From IMG/VR virus record IMGVR_UViG_3300035698_026482, positions 96,001-160,000 of that record: a stretch of DNA of 64,000 nucleotides; one strand, written 5' to 3'. Source of the stretch: a virus. Below, piece by piece: positions 49,106 to 59,135 of this stretch. The position numbers and the translations under genes are program-made. The notes under the pieces are model-generated. The model was given only the letters and a program-made list of their open reading frames with translations, was not told the origin of the DNA and ran no database searches. Position 1 is the stretch's first letter, and every line of letters starts with the position of its first letter.

Positions 49106-49688
49106 ATGACACCAGGTCGTATCTGTTTTCTAACGTGCTAATAACATCATCAAATTTCTTGTTGGGACAAAGGCCGTTATGCACTTCCATTACAAACGAT
49201 TCTATATTATCGAATGCTGGAGCGTCGATTAATTCATACTCGGCGCCTTCGATATTGATCTTTGCAAAATCAACGTCCTTAAGAATATCATCAAACGGAA
49301 AAACGTCGACGATTATCGCGGACGGGTCGCCATAGCGACCATTGCGATCGGAAAACATGTTCGTTGATTGATTATCGTCATTAGATAGCGTAATCATTTG
49401 GCATTTACCTGATACGGTGCCTAATATGCCCGGAACATGTTGAATTGTACGTTCAGGATATGCTTGAATTATCTTTTCAATTTCTGGAAAACATGCCGTA
49501 TGTGGCTCAACAAAAATATAATGTGCATCTGGGAAGTTTTTTCCAAATGCGCCATATCCCTCGCCGAGCCTTGCGCCAAGGTCAACTATTTTCTTTGGCA
49601 CACGCTTATCTACGTTGTCCTCAATGGAGGACATGCATAATTCATAAATTTTACAATTAGTTAGTGAGCTGTGACCGAGATATGCCAT
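49053..49688 (-). CDS. FkbM-family methyltransferase
   Basis: IVDLGA..G, FVEP, FAKINIEGAE, MEVH. Confidence 0.78.
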   Translation of the reverse strand: MAYLGHSSLTNCKIYELCMSSIEDNVDKRVPKKIVDLGARLGEGYGAFGKNFPDAHYIFVEPHTACFPEIEKIIQAYPERTIQHVPGILGTVSGKCQMITLSNDDNQSTNMFSDRNGRYGDPSAIIVDVFPFDDILKDVDFAKINIEGAEYELIDAPAFDNIESFVMEVHNGLCPNKKFDDVISTLENRYDLVSYGNTKYKHCFVSGRRCV

Positions 49689-49691
49689 GTG

Positions 49692-50339
49692 CTAATTCTT
49701 CACATAAGTTGTTGAGATGTATAACTGAGGCGCTTCTGGCCATAAGAATAGCAATGATACGGCAGTTGGCTTCAATTGTTGTGGGGTTAGTATTTGTGGC
49801 ACTTCTGCGCCGATAATACTCGTCAATGTCTGCTCATCGTCGTAGCCGAATTTCGAAATATGCTCGCGAAATTGTACGCTTTCTGGCGCAAATTCGAATG
49901 ATGGATCCCAAAACGTAGACCATAACTTGGACGTGTGTGAACCATACTCAACAACCTCGTGATGTCCATGACGTTGCCACCCAACCTTGTACGGCTCTTG
50001 CCGCCAATGGTCGCCTAGACCCCAATCGACAAAAACAGTTCCGCCCGGCCTAACCAATTCTAAACATTGGGCTATAAACCGGGCGGGATTTTCAGCAAAA
50101 TATGGACATCTTGTGCAAACAACTAAATCCGCAAGCCCCCTTGGGATCTGCCAATTGTCATCATTTATTTGCCAATTATCTAGTGATAAATCATAATATT
50201 GTTTATTCGACGCCTTAAAAAGTGATGCAAACGCATCCGGGCCCGACAAACCTAAAAATATCACATTTTGCGCATCAGTCAAATGGGTAGTCAGCTGGCG
50301 ATGATACCAGGGTATCACATGCGCATTTGATTTACCCAT
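49692..50339 (-). CDS. Methyltransferase-like protein
   Basis: VIFLG...YYDL...ADLVVC...LVRPGGTVFVD Rossmann methyltransferase pattern. Confidence 0.5.
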   Translation of the reverse strand: MGKSNAHVIPWYHRQLTTHLTDAQNVIFLGLSGPDAFASLFKASNKQYYDLSLDNWQINDDNWQIPRGLADLVVCTRCPYFAENPARFIAQCLELVRPGGTVFVDWGLGDHWRQEPYKVGWQRHGHHEVVEYGSHTSKLWSTFWDPSFEFAPESVQFREHISKFGYDDEQTLTSIIGAEVPQILTPQQLKPTAVSLLFLWPEAPQLYISTTYVKN

Positions 50340-50356
50340 TTGACTAGCACTTTTGA

Positions 50357-50563
50357 TTATTCGTTAATTTCGTAAAGACCGACGTTGTCTTTATCAAAAA
50401 CCAAAAAAACCTTTTCGATATTGTTGGCCGCAGCAAGATGTTTTTGCAACCATTCGCCTGGAAGAAATCCAGACTTTGCAATGTCGGTGCCGTGGGCAAA
50501 AAGTTTAATACATCGCCCATTTGCATAGGCTTCGTTTGCGGTTTCTTTATCTAGCATAGCCAT
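50357..50563 (-). CDS. Small hypothetical protein
   Basis: 68-aa ORF filling the gap between co-oriented genes. Confidence 0.5.
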   Translation of the reverse strand: MAMLDKETANEAYANGRCIKLFAHGTDIAKSGFLPGEWLQKHLAAANNIEKVFLVFDKDNVGLYEINE

Positions 50564-50567
50564 GATA

Positions 50568-51461
50568 TTATTTCTTTCGTTTGACGCCCGAAACTCTTTC
50601 CCAATCCCGACCCGGGCGAACCTCGAGATTTTTATTCCAAGCAGCTTCCATAACTGATGGTGTTACACCATTTGTTTTTGCAAGCTGAATAAATGCGCTT
50701 AAATCTTTTGGCAAACACATGCCGCCAAATCCATTCATCATAGCGCCTTCTGGCGATGGCGATGGTCCTGGCACACGCCAGTGTTCCCATCCCATCCTGT
50801 CATCAAGTGTTGCAATTTCGATCATATCACTATACTCAACGTTTAGTGCTTGACAAATTTGATACATTTCATTTGCGAATGAAACTTTCGTAGCGAAAAA
50901 GCAATTTTTGACATACTTTACAATTTCGGCTTCTTGGGCAGTACATTTGACAATTTTTGCGCCAGGAAGCAAGCGGGAAAAAAGTTCCCCTACTCGATCC
51001 TTTGCACTATCAGATTTGCCGCCGAGAACAACATGACTTTGTGTAATAAAGTCTTGATACGCCGATCTTGCATTTAAAAATTCTGGATTAAAGACGACCT
51101 CAATGTTCGCGTTTGCCGCGTCGAGCTTCTCGGTCGTTCCAGGTAAAATGGTTGATTTTACGACAATCGCAGGTTTGTCAGCATAGCGTTGTGATGATGC
51201 AAATTGATTGATCTCATCTAAAACGCTTTCGACAATGCTTGTGTCGCACGTATCATCCTCATTCATGGGCGTTGGCACACAAACGAAAATGACGTTACAG
51301 TTTTTTGATATCCACTCTAATGATTGTGTTGTACGATCAACATTAAATTTATCGTACGTTTCTACCTCGAGTCCCGGAACGAGCTTTCTAAATGCACGAC
51401 TAACGGAGCTTCCTACGAAGCCCTGTCCAATAACACCAATGCGCCAGACGTCCACATCCAT
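50568..51461 (-). CDS. ugd: UDP-glucose/GDP-mannose dehydrogenase family protein (short, no C-terminal domain)
   Basis: IGQGFVG, VCVPTP, VVKST, FNPEF, KYVKN, GFGGMCLPKD (catalytic Cys). Confidence 0.85.
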   Translation of the reverse strand: MDVDVWRIGVIGQGFVGSSVSRAFRKLVPGLEVETYDKFNVDRTTQSLEWISKNCNVIFVCVPTPMNEDDTCDTSIVESVLDEINQFASSQRYADKPAIVVKSTILPGTTEKLDAANANIEVVFNPEFLNARSAYQDFITQSHVVLGGKSDSAKDRVGELFSRLLPGAKIVKCTAQEAEIVKYVKNCFFATKVSFANEMYQICQALNVEYSDMIEIATLDDRMGWEHWRVPGPSPSPEGAMMNGFGGMCLPKDLSAFIQLAKTNGVTPSVMEAAWNKNLEVRPGRDWERVSGVKRKK

Positions 51462-51464
51462 ATC

Positions 51465-52235
51465 TTATACTAATTTCTTGACGTCGTGCACTGTAGAGCT
51501 ACTTTTTTTTAAAAGATCGCCTATGAATGCAAACTCAACTGGATTGTTAGTAAGCCACAAAATAATCTCATCTGCAGCCTTAGGCGACAAATAACCGCCA
51601 TCCCACGTACATGCGTGATATAACGCCTCAATATGTTCGTCTGGGCCAGCATCATTAAGATGTGTGTTTGGGGGCCACACGTTTGCATAAACAACATTGT
51701 TTACTGTTCGGTCTGCGCCCTCGTAACATGCGGTGTGATGTGGCATAGTTGAAAGAGCAAGAACGTCGAATGCTTGCGTCACGGGCGGATGCAGTATGGC
51801 GTCAGAGGTCATATACATTGCAGGAGGTCTAAGGATTGGTTTAAAAATGTCCTGTAATCCCGCATCTACAACGTCTTGGCACATATCTGAGTATAACGCG
51901 AGTAACTGAGGACCGTCGAGATGTCTTAATTCATCATTGTTTGAAAGCCCCGCAACACCATGATGGCGCCCATGAAATCCCACTTCAAAATTTGAAGCTG
52001 GTAATGTCTTAAGACGCCGACAAAATTCTGGATGTTCCTTGAGATACAGGGGCCTTTTATTGCGCGTATCTATTTTTCCGCCGGGCATCGTGCGCCAGTA
52101 CGCCGTTGGTACGAATAGCGTAAATTTCGCCTGCGGAAAGCTGTCGATAATCTTAAAGCATTGATCAACAACGGCTATTGATGAAAGTGGATGCGGCGAT
52201 ACGTCGTCGATCGAAATATTGATTTTTCTAGACAC
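51465..52235 (-). CDS. Polysaccharide deacetylase-like protein (NodB/DUF2334 type)
   Basis: ISIDDV, VGFHGRHH, LRPP motifs. Confidence 0.7.
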   Translation of the reverse strand: MSRKINISIDDVSPHPLSSIAVVDQCFKIIDSFPQAKFTLFVPTAYWRTMPGGKIDTRNKRPLYLKEHPEFCRRLKTLPASNFEVGFHGRHHGVAGLSNNDELRHLDGPQLLALYSDMCQDVVDAGLQDIFKPILRPPAMYMTSDAILHPPVTQAFDVLALSTMPHHTACYEGADRTVNNVVYANVWPPNTHLNDAGPDEHIEALYHACTWDGGYLSPKAADEIILWLTNNPVEFAFIGDLLKKSSSTVHDVKKLV

Positions 52236-53194
52236 TATGTCGACAACAATCTTTCAAAAAAACGAATATAAGGTGCCATTCCTTGTGCACCGAAAAGCGA
52301 AATTACTCTATCGAAATTTGATCCCGTATCTGCATTCCTAATCGCAGCTCTAAGACCCGCTAGCGGTTCGTCTTTCTCTTCGATTTTATAGATTGCGCCA
52401 CCCTTATCATAAACGCCAAGTATACCTTGCGCATATCCAACGGGCGTAGAAATTATAGGTGTCTGATTTGCTGCGCATTCGAAGATTGCTTGTGGACCGC
52501 CTTCGTGTCTGGATCCGACAACGTATAAATCTAACGTGTTATATAGCTCATTAATTGTTTCAAAATCTGGGCGCTCGAAATATTTGTATGAAATACCCGC
52601 AGCATCCAGGCGCTTAATAACATACTGGCGACGCCATCCAGCTAACACAACTAGCAGACGTTTTTTCTTTTTTGCTAATTCTTCTACAACATCGCAGAAT
52701 ACATCTGGACCCTTTGCAAGCTTAGGCGTGATTAAATCGTGTCCCTCTGTGTCTCGTTGGAAACTACCGACCAAATACCCATTGTCTGGAAGTTCATGCT
52801 TTTTTCGACAATCAGATTTTGGTAGTGGTGACCAAAGGCGTTGGTTTACCCAAAACGGTTGAATAAACACAGGCTTTTTTGTAATTTCAGATACAGCAGC
52901 ACCAGTTTGTCCACATGGCACATGATACCAATCTACGAACTGATCTCTTGCAATAAATTCGCGTTGTGCATCTGGACCAAATTTATCTGGATCAATATGA
53001 TGAACTGTGCAAACAACCTTTTTTTCCAGCAGGAGCTGCTGGGGCAAATGGTTCCAGCACCAGCCCGCAGCTAGCCAAATGATATCAGCTTCGCGCGGAT
53101 CAGGTGTTGAAATTTCGCGATTAGCCTCGTACCATTCTTTAACGAATCGGTCGACGACCCAATCTTCATTTGGGCGTAATACAAAAATCTTCAT
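52235..53194 (-). CDS. Glycosyltransferase, GT4-like
   Basis: GSRHEGGPQAIFECAANQTPIISTPVG. Confidence 0.85.
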   Translation of the reverse strand: MKIFVLRPNEDWVVDRFVKEWYEANREISTPDPREADIIWLAAGWCWNHLPQQLLLEKKVVCTVHHIDPDKFGPDAQREFIARDQFVDWYHVPCGQTGAAVSEITKKPVFIQPFWVNQRLWSPLPKSDCRKKHELPDNGYLVGSFQRDTEGHDLITPKLAKGPDVFCDVVEELAKKKKRLLVVLAGWRRQYVIKRLDAAGISYKYFERPDFETINELYNTLDLYVVGSRHEGGPQAIFECAANQTPIISTPVGYAQGILGVYDKGGAIYKIEEKDEPLAGLRAAIRNADTGSNFDRVISLFGAQGMAPYIRFFERLLST

Positions 53195-54147
53195 GATAAA
53201 TCCTTTATATGAGCAAGAAACGCCAGATATCTTTCTGTTACATTTCTAATATCGATATTGGATTCTATGCCATTTCGACGAGCTCGTTTAAAATTCAAGG
53301 TCGGAGGCTTATAAAGTTCAATTGGCTCTGGGGTCCATTCATCTTCTTCAATAACAATAGCTTCTGGACCTGCAATTGAAGGAGAGCCGGAACACGATGC
53401 ACAGACAATTTTACATCCTGCAGCTCTCGCATCCACGATAACGTTTGGACAATTATCATGATACGCAAGGTGGACGAACGTTGATGCGCGCTTATAACAG
53501 GCGATTAATGTTGACCAGTTCAGCTCACCGACGTAGATTACACGTTCATGATCAGAATATGGTCCACTGGCTGCACCGGCAACAATCATAACATCATTAT
53601 CGTTGGCGAACTGTAAAAAATAGCGAATATTTGAAGTAAGACGCTTGTGTGGGCGCCATGAGCTTGCACACATCCATACATCATCAAATGGGTCGAGGAT
53701 CGGATCTTCTAATTTAGGAATGCTGGCGACTGCATCTAGATTAACGCCGTTACCAATGATTGTAACTTGGGTTTCGGGTTTTGCATCAAAGAATGATTCA
53801 ACCAGTTTTTTACTGAATGGTGATTGAAATATCACGCCTTTCGCATTATCGTACGTTTCTTTAATGCGTTGATTCTGGAGCCACCAATCGCCATATTGTG
53901 AGTCACTATTATAGTAAATGCCATCAAGACGTTGAACCATCGGCACACTTTCAATTCTCACCATCGCCTCAATGAATGTTAGCTGTATATCAGGAGGCGC
54001 AAAGTTTACCTTATTACCCCCCCTTGACAACTCAATCGTATTCATGACATCGTGTTGATCACGAATTAATTGCTCAGTGAGTTGTCTACCAAAACTATTT
54101 GGGCCGCTTGTTGAACCCAAATTTACGTTATCAAGTAATAGTCTCAT
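53191..54147 (-). CDS. Glycosyltransferase, GT4-like
   Basis: SGP..F, HKRL, AYHDNCPNVIVDARAAGCKIV. Confidence 0.8.
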   Translation of the reverse strand: MRLLLDNVNLGSTSGPNSFGRQLTEQLIRDQHDVMNTIELSRGGNKVNFAPPDIQLTFIEAMVRIESVPMVQRLDGIYYNSDSQYGDWWLQNQRIKETYDNAKGVIFQSPFSKKLVESFFDAKPETQVTIIGNGVNLDAVASIPKLEDPILDPFDDVWMCASSWRPHKRLTSNIRYFLQFANDNDVMIVAGAASGPYSDHERVIYVGELNWSTLIACYKRASTFVHLAYHDNCPNVIVDARAAGCKIVCASCSGSPSIAGPEAIVIEEDEWTPEPIELYKPPTLNFKRARRNGIESNIDIRNVTERYLAFLAHIKDLS

Positions 54148-55091
54148 TTGATAATAAGCTCCGCGTATTTTGAAGCAACATCTTCAACTCGATTATCATA
54201 CATCAACGCTGCCTGTTTAAACACGTCATACTCGGTAACAACTCTTTTAATACATGACGTTGCGGATGTCACATCCCATCCTTCGAAATTAATTCCGTAT
54301 GACGAACAGTATTCCGCTATGCTGCCGCCTGTATTAGAGTAAACGACAGGTAAGCCTGAGGCTAGTGCTTCCAGCACATGATTTGCACCTGCCTCTTCCA
54401 TTGATGCAGTGAGATAAATATCGTGCTTTGGTAACTCCCTAGCAAGATCGACCGCCGACATCGGTTTAATGTGGTTTTTAAACGTTATGCCTGTCGGTGT
54501 TCGTCCAATATACGTGAACTCAAATTCTTCAAGATCATCGAGTTCTTTGTATAGCTCAAAGCCTTTTTTGGGATTATCAGACCAATGGTGTGTAACCACT
54601 TTAATCTTTCTATTGCTTCTCAGATCCTGCTCACTTTTGCGGTGATCATAAAAAACGGACATTGGACCATTCGGAATAATATCGAACTCCTTATTTGCAA
54701 GCTGCATCGCGATATCGCTGTGTTGCGCATGAATAGCTGTTGTGCAAAGATATGCTAGTGCCCAATGACTCGGGAAAATAAGACGATCTGATCTAGGAAG
54801 TTGATCCCATAACATCTCTGTAAGCTTTTGTTTGCCGTGTGAACCAACATCGCCAACGCGGTTGATTAAACGACACCCGCTGTTCATATCTCGATATTTG
54901 ATAATATCTTCACCGGATTCGCCCCAGGGTGCGGGGCGTGGATCAAAGCAAACAAGTACGTCAATGCCAGGTTCAAGACGGTGCACGACATTGTGGTCAG
55001 CAGATACAAGCTGATCGATAAGGGCGTTAACCAACTTGACGCCGCCGCCCCATGGACCAGCCTTAGATTCACGATTTAGGTAGATTTTCAC
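54144..55091 (-). CDS. Glycosyltransferase, GT4-like
   Basis: WGGG, KKG, SMEEAGANHVLEALASGLPVVYSNTGG. Confidence 0.85.
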   Translation of the reverse strand: MKIYLNRESKAGPWGGGVKLVNALIDQLVSADHNVVHRLEPGIDVLVCFDPRPAPWGESGEDIIKYRDMNSGCRLINRVGDVGSHGKQKLTEMLWDQLPRSDRLIFPSHWALAYLCTTAIHAQHSDIAMQLANKEFDIIPNGPMSVFYDHRKSEQDLRSNRKIKVVTHHWSDNPKKGFELYKELDDLEEFEFTYIGRTPTGITFKNHIKPMSAVDLARELPKHDIYLTASMEEAGANHVLEALASGLPVVYSNTGGSIAEYCSSYGINFEGWDVTSATSCIKRVVTEYDVFKQAALMYDNRVEDVASKYAELIIK

Positions 55092-55306
55092 TCAGGAATC
55101 CTTCTGCTACTAAATGCGTGGGCATCTATCGTCCAGTATCTAAACGCGCCTGAAGATGATTTTGGATGCAAATCATTTAGCAAACAATCTTTTCCAACAA
55201 TCATGACCCTTGGGATATATTGGATAGCTCCGCCTCGCGTTGCTGTCGTGAACATCGATATTTCACCAAGTATCTGATCCCTATTTTGAATTTTAATATT
55301 GGTCAT
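55088..55306 (-). CDS. Small hypothetical protein
   Basis: In-frame ATG at 55306 avoids overlap with the upstream GT2 gene; stop overlaps the next start (GTGA). Confidence 0.45.
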   Translation of the reverse strand: MTNIKIQNRDQILGEISMFTTATRGGAIQYIPRVMIVGKDCLLNDLHPKSSSGAFRYWTIDAHAFSSRRIPE

Positions 55307-55322
55307 GAAAGTATATACGCAT

Positions 55323-56048
55323 TCATGATTGTGCAACGAACCCTCTTGCGCGAATGAATGCGACGTTATTAACTTGTTCAACTTCAGATCCAGCCCGTTG
55401 ATTTAACGGAATAGAAACACTATCCATCTTATAGAGGTAACATGGTTTGTTTATGAAACCGCGTTGACGACCAACGTGTAGTAAAGGCAGCATTAAGGCC
55501 TGATCATAAGCACGATGGAACCATTCGCCATTGACATCTTTAAAATTTTCATCAGATACTTCCTTCAGTAATGATGCCCTAAACGTGCGAAAATGAGATG
55601 AGCACCACGGAAATTCATATGGATCAACTTTTTGAGGCATTGGCCTTGAAACGTTCATATCTTCTTTAATATCCCATTGATGTGCCGTCCATAATACGTC
55701 AACCTCTGGATTCTCTTCATAGCCAGCCAGAACCCATCTCACGACCTCACTGGTGGTCAGCTGGTCGTCCCCATCTACTGTACCAATGATGACATCATCA
55801 CGATCTTGAAACTCTCTGGCGACCTCTATGATGTTCCTGAGCGCCCAGCGCCTTTCTGTCTGGAAACGAACCTCACGCAAACCATCCGGACGCAGAACCA
55901 CGTCCTGATCTACTCGTTTTTCTGGATCAGAACAATCATCAACGATAATATGACGCCAATGTGCGTCATCCTGAAGATCTACTGAAGCGCATAGATCCTT
56001 CATATTTTCGTTGGCATTGCGTGAAGGTGTAATGATTACTAATTCCAT
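55323..56048 (-). CDS. Glycosyltransferase, GT2 (GT-A)
   Basis: IITPSRN, IVDDCS, VDGDD (DxD), YDQALM. Confidence 0.85.
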   Translation of the reverse strand: MELVIITPSRNANENMKDLCASVDLQDDAHWRHIIVDDCSDPEKRVDQDVVLRPDGLREVRFQTERRWALRNIIEVAREFQDRDDVIIGTVDGDDQLTTSEVVRWVLAGYEENPEVDVLWTAHQWDIKEDMNVSRPMPQKVDPYEFPWCSSHFRTFRASLLKEVSDENFKDVNGEWFHRAYDQALMLPLLHVGRQRGFINKPCYLYKMDSVSIPLNQRAGSEVEQVNNVAFIRARGFVAQS

Positions 56049-56054
56049 AACGAC

Positions 56055-56849
56055 CTACCAATCATAAGTGTACTCGGGACCAGGATCTGCAAAATCAGGA
56101 TGACGTAACATAACCTGTCCATATTCCCGAGCTTCTTGCGCACGGTCATCATGAAAAACAAGACGATCCATAATAACTAACTCTTTTTCAAAGCCTTGGA
56201 TTTCATCCACCATTCTCGCAACATCTATATTCTTATCCTTTTTAACGTCTGGTAAATGATAATCATCAAATACAACAAATTGTGTAAAACGATCCTTGAC
56301 TAGTTCCCAATCGTTTAAAACACCCTGGTAAGTGTGATCACCGTCGATGTACACCAGATCAAAATCACCCTCTAGTGTAGGAATAACATCTACAGACCTT
56401 CCTTGATGCATCTTGATTTTAGATAGCCATTCACCAGGAAAAATAGATGACATTCTTTTGATTTGTTCCTGGTCAAACTGCACGTCGACGGTTGTGATTT
56501 CTCCATCAATGTCTAGTTCATGCATTGTTTTTGCCGCAACAGTTGACCAATACCCGCGCCCAAAACCAATTTCAAGAATTCGCTTAGGCCTATAACGCTT
56601 GATCATTGCAGTAGCAAGCATTCCCCGCTCGTAGTTCGGACGAAAATAGCATCCAATTGATTTATACATCGAATTATCGCGTGTACGAGCCTTTTTTGCA
56701 GTATGCTCGCCAATCGCATCATAATCACCAAGAACTAAATCTTCGATAGGGCAGTTTAGATCAATTAATTTTGACTTAATGTCAACTGTTTTGATTTGTT
56801 TATTCGTCATCGGTATCATCCTCAACAATGTCAAATGAGTTTCTTTCAA
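56055..56849 (-). CDS. Class I SAM-dependent methyltransferase (Methyltransf_24-like)
   Basis: ILEIGFGRG, FDLVYIDGDHTY, VVFDDY. Likely start is ATG 56810. Confidence 0.82.
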   Translation of the reverse strand: MKETHLTLLRMIPMTNKQIKTVDIKSKLIDLNCPIEDLVLGDYDAIGEHTAKKARTRDNSMYKSIGCYFRPNYERGMLATAMIKRYRPKRILEIGFGRGYWSTVAAKTMHELDIDGEITTVDVQFDQEQIKRMSSIFPGEWLSKIKMHQGRSVDVIPTLEGDFDLVYIDGDHTYQGVLNDWELVKDRFTQFVVFDDYHLPDVKKDKNIDVARMVDEIQGFEKELVIMDRLVFHDDRAQEAREYGQVMLRHPDFADPGPEYTYDW

Positions 56850-58788
56850 TCCATTCCACCATTAGCGTGGGATGCGATTGTTTACACGCAATGTGCGGAG
56901 TTTTTGCTTCAAATTGAACCTTTTTATGAAAGATCCATCCCCCCATTTCGTCCTCGAGCCGTGCGGCCATCGCTTCGATATCATCGTCGCTTACATCAGT
57001 CCATGCTTTATCAAAAAACATATTATTCTCCGGGGTATCGGCTTGTTCAACATTATACATGCTTTCCCAAAAACGGCCCCAGTAATTCTGATAGCTTTTT
57101 ATCTTGCGTCCAATATTGAACCACGAATAATGGTGAACGCCAGGAAGATTACTCGCAACTTCATTGAACCATCCTTCATAATCTGCTAATGCCGATTCAT
57201 CTTCTTCTTGGATAGCGCGTTGTCTTACATTTTCAACTTCTTGCGTATAAAAATTCATGTATTTAACGCGGCTGTAATCATGCAACCAAATCGGATCGCA
57301 GCTGTCTGTGCCTTGTGCTGCAAAGAGTTTGCCATCTTCATCATATTTGCGCAATTCACGAGGCACACCATGTGTTAGACCAGGCTTATTTCTGCTGAGT
57401 CGCCATTTCCAATTGTGCACGTCACAGCGGACCTTACCGGCCGACCCCCAATATTCAATAACTGGCAAGCAAAGCAAATCAACATTTTTAGGAAAGTGCT
57501 TAATCAGACGAGCAATCTTTTCATAATCCTCTTCATGAACGATTTCATCTGAATCTTGTTGCCAGCAAAAGGCTTGTGTACATAATGATCTTGCAAGTGC
57601 TTTCTGGCGGCCGTCAAAATTTATTGCCCAACGCTTTTCATTACGATCGCGTCGACATTGATAAATTTTGAGATTATCATGTGCAGATGCAAGTTGCTGC
57701 AACTCTTCCCATGTTCCATCATCAGAGCCTGCATCAACAACCACAACTTCCTCACAAAATCCTGCAAGGCTCATAATTGATTCAACGAATGGATAATCGT
57801 TTGTTAAACAATTGTACGTCGTCGTATATCCCGATAACGTAACATTATCTTCACCCATGTCGGAATAAATGCCGTTCCAAAATCTATCTCTAGCCATATA
57901 GAGATACGATTCTAGTGTTAACATATCGCGCGTTTCAAACCATTCTTCCTTAGCATGTTGAACATTATCGTTCAGCGCAAGATCACATCCAAGTAACTTG
58001 GCTTCAATTGTCATTCTAGGACAGGTATCACCGCCTTGAGGCAGATATACGAATCCTTCTGCTTGCGCCATTTTTTCTAAAACTTCTGAATAAGGTACTT
58101 GCCACAGAGTCTCGAATGTTTTACCATTCGCGGCACACCAAGCCTCGGCGGCCTCGGTCCCTTTAACCCATGAAGTAGAACCTAATACAAGCCATCCCTG
58201 ACGTTGCTGGTCTTTATACTTTTCACGTAAGATCTTTACCGCCGCTAGCGTTGCTTCATCAAAAACCGAAGATAATACAGTCGATGCTTTTTGTTGAAGA
58301 AACGGAAATAACGATGTGTAATGTGCCTGTTGACTTTCTGACATCCACCACAATGATTTCGCGCCAGCAAAGAAGGCTGATACCCACTTTCCATGGTTTT
58401 CTTGGTGACAATCACAAGGCTTGCCTTCAATTGATGCATGTTTTTCAGGCGAGCGATAACGACAATATTTGTAATCGTATTCTAAAATAGAATAGCTGAG
58501 ATTTGCAGAAATAGCAGGGATCAATTGCATATCCAGACTGGCAAAATTGCCAAATATCCAGAATTTCTCGTGACCTTGCTCTAGAAGCTTCATCGTTACA
58601 TCCTTTGAATGAAGCTTAAAGATCTTGAATGGGCTTGACCCAATTAATGCCTCAGTTGTCAATTCAGCACCTCCATACGGATAATCTTCAACAAACATGT
58701 CAGCTACGAAGATTACATCTGCATCCTGAGGAATGCTAATCGGTGCCTTAAATCCGAAAGGCGAAGGTGTTGCTAGGTTATATTGCAT
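56800..58788 (-). CDS. Two-domain glycosyltransferase fusion (GT-B-like N-terminus plus GT2 C-terminus)
   Basis: GGAE...DTCPRMTIEAKLLG in the N-half; SGYTTTYN...VVDAGSDDGT...QQDSDE in the C-half. Confidence 0.75.
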   Translation of the reverse strand: MQYNLATPSPFGFKAPISIPQDADVIFVADMFVEDYPYGGAELTTEALIGSSPFKIFKLHSKDVTMKLLEQGHEKFWIFGNFASLDMQLIPAISANLSYSILEYDYKYCRYRSPEKHASIEGKPCDCHQENHGKWVSAFFAGAKSLWWMSESQQAHYTSLFPFLQQKASTVLSSVFDEATLAAVKILREKYKDQQRQGWLVLGSTSWVKGTEAAEAWCAANGKTFETLWQVPYSEVLEKMAQAEGFVYLPQGGDTCPRMTIEAKLLGCDLALNDNVQHAKEEWFETRDMLTLESYLYMARDRFWNGIYSDMGEDNVTLSGYTTTYNCLTNDYPFVESIMSLAGFCEEVVVVDAGSDDGTWEELQQLASAHDNLKIYQCRRDRNEKRWAINFDGRQKALARSLCTQAFCWQQDSDEIVHEEDYEKIARLIKHFPKNVDLLCLPVIEYWGSAGKVRCDVHNWKWRLSRNKPGLTHGVPRELRKYDEDGKLFAAQGTDSCDPIWLHDYSRVKYMNFYTQEVENVRQRAIQEEDESALADYEGWFNEVASNLPGVHHYSWFNIGRKIKSYQNYWGRFWESMYNVEQADTPENNMFFDKAWTDVSDDDIEAMAARLEDEMGGWIFHKKVQFEAKTPHIACKQSHPTLMVEWIERNSFDIVEDDTDDE

Positions 58789-58976
58789 ATGTCCCCAACA
58801 GCATCATACAGTAAGTTTCCCTCAGGGTACACTGTAAAATTAAGTCTGGCGTCTTACCATGATAAAAATAATTCTATACATTTATTCTGGAACGTATACT
58901 ATTAGAAAGGGGGCTTGGCGGAAGAGGGGGCCAACCAGGGCGAGACAGGGTGCTAAAAAGGTCTTCCAAACCGGGC

Positions 58977-59086
58977 GGGAAGCTAGGCGAAGAGCACTGC
59001 GGGGCAGGGAGAAGATGGGAAGCTAGGCGAAGAGCACTGCGGGGCAGGGAGAAGATGGGAAGCTAGGCGAAGAGCACTGCGGGGCA
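58977..59086. repeat. 40-bp tandem direct repeat, 2.75 identical copies
   Basis: GGGAAGCTAGGCGAAGAGCACTGCGGGGCAGGGAGAAGAT at 58977 and 59017; first 30 nt again at 59057. Confidence 0.95.
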
Positions 59087-59102
59087 AGACGGAGCTAAGC
59101 AA

Positions 59103-59135
59103 ATGAGGACGCCGATATTTCACCAGCGTCCGCAT
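59103..59135 (-). terminator. GC-rich hairpin downstream of phoH, possible terminator or processing stem
   Basis: GGACGCUGGU-GAAAU-AUCGGCGUCC 10-bp stem, extendable by 3 bp; only a weak U tail follows. Confidence 0.4.

Noticed and set aside
457-57526. Numerous plus-strand ORFs of 60-220 aa (e.g. 457-1023, 12986-13654, 33603-34124)
   Set aside because: They are antisense shadows of well-supported minus-strand genes and lack motifs.
58977-59086. CRISPR array
   Set aside because: Units are contiguous and identical with no variable spacers, and there is no cas operon; it is a tandem repeat.
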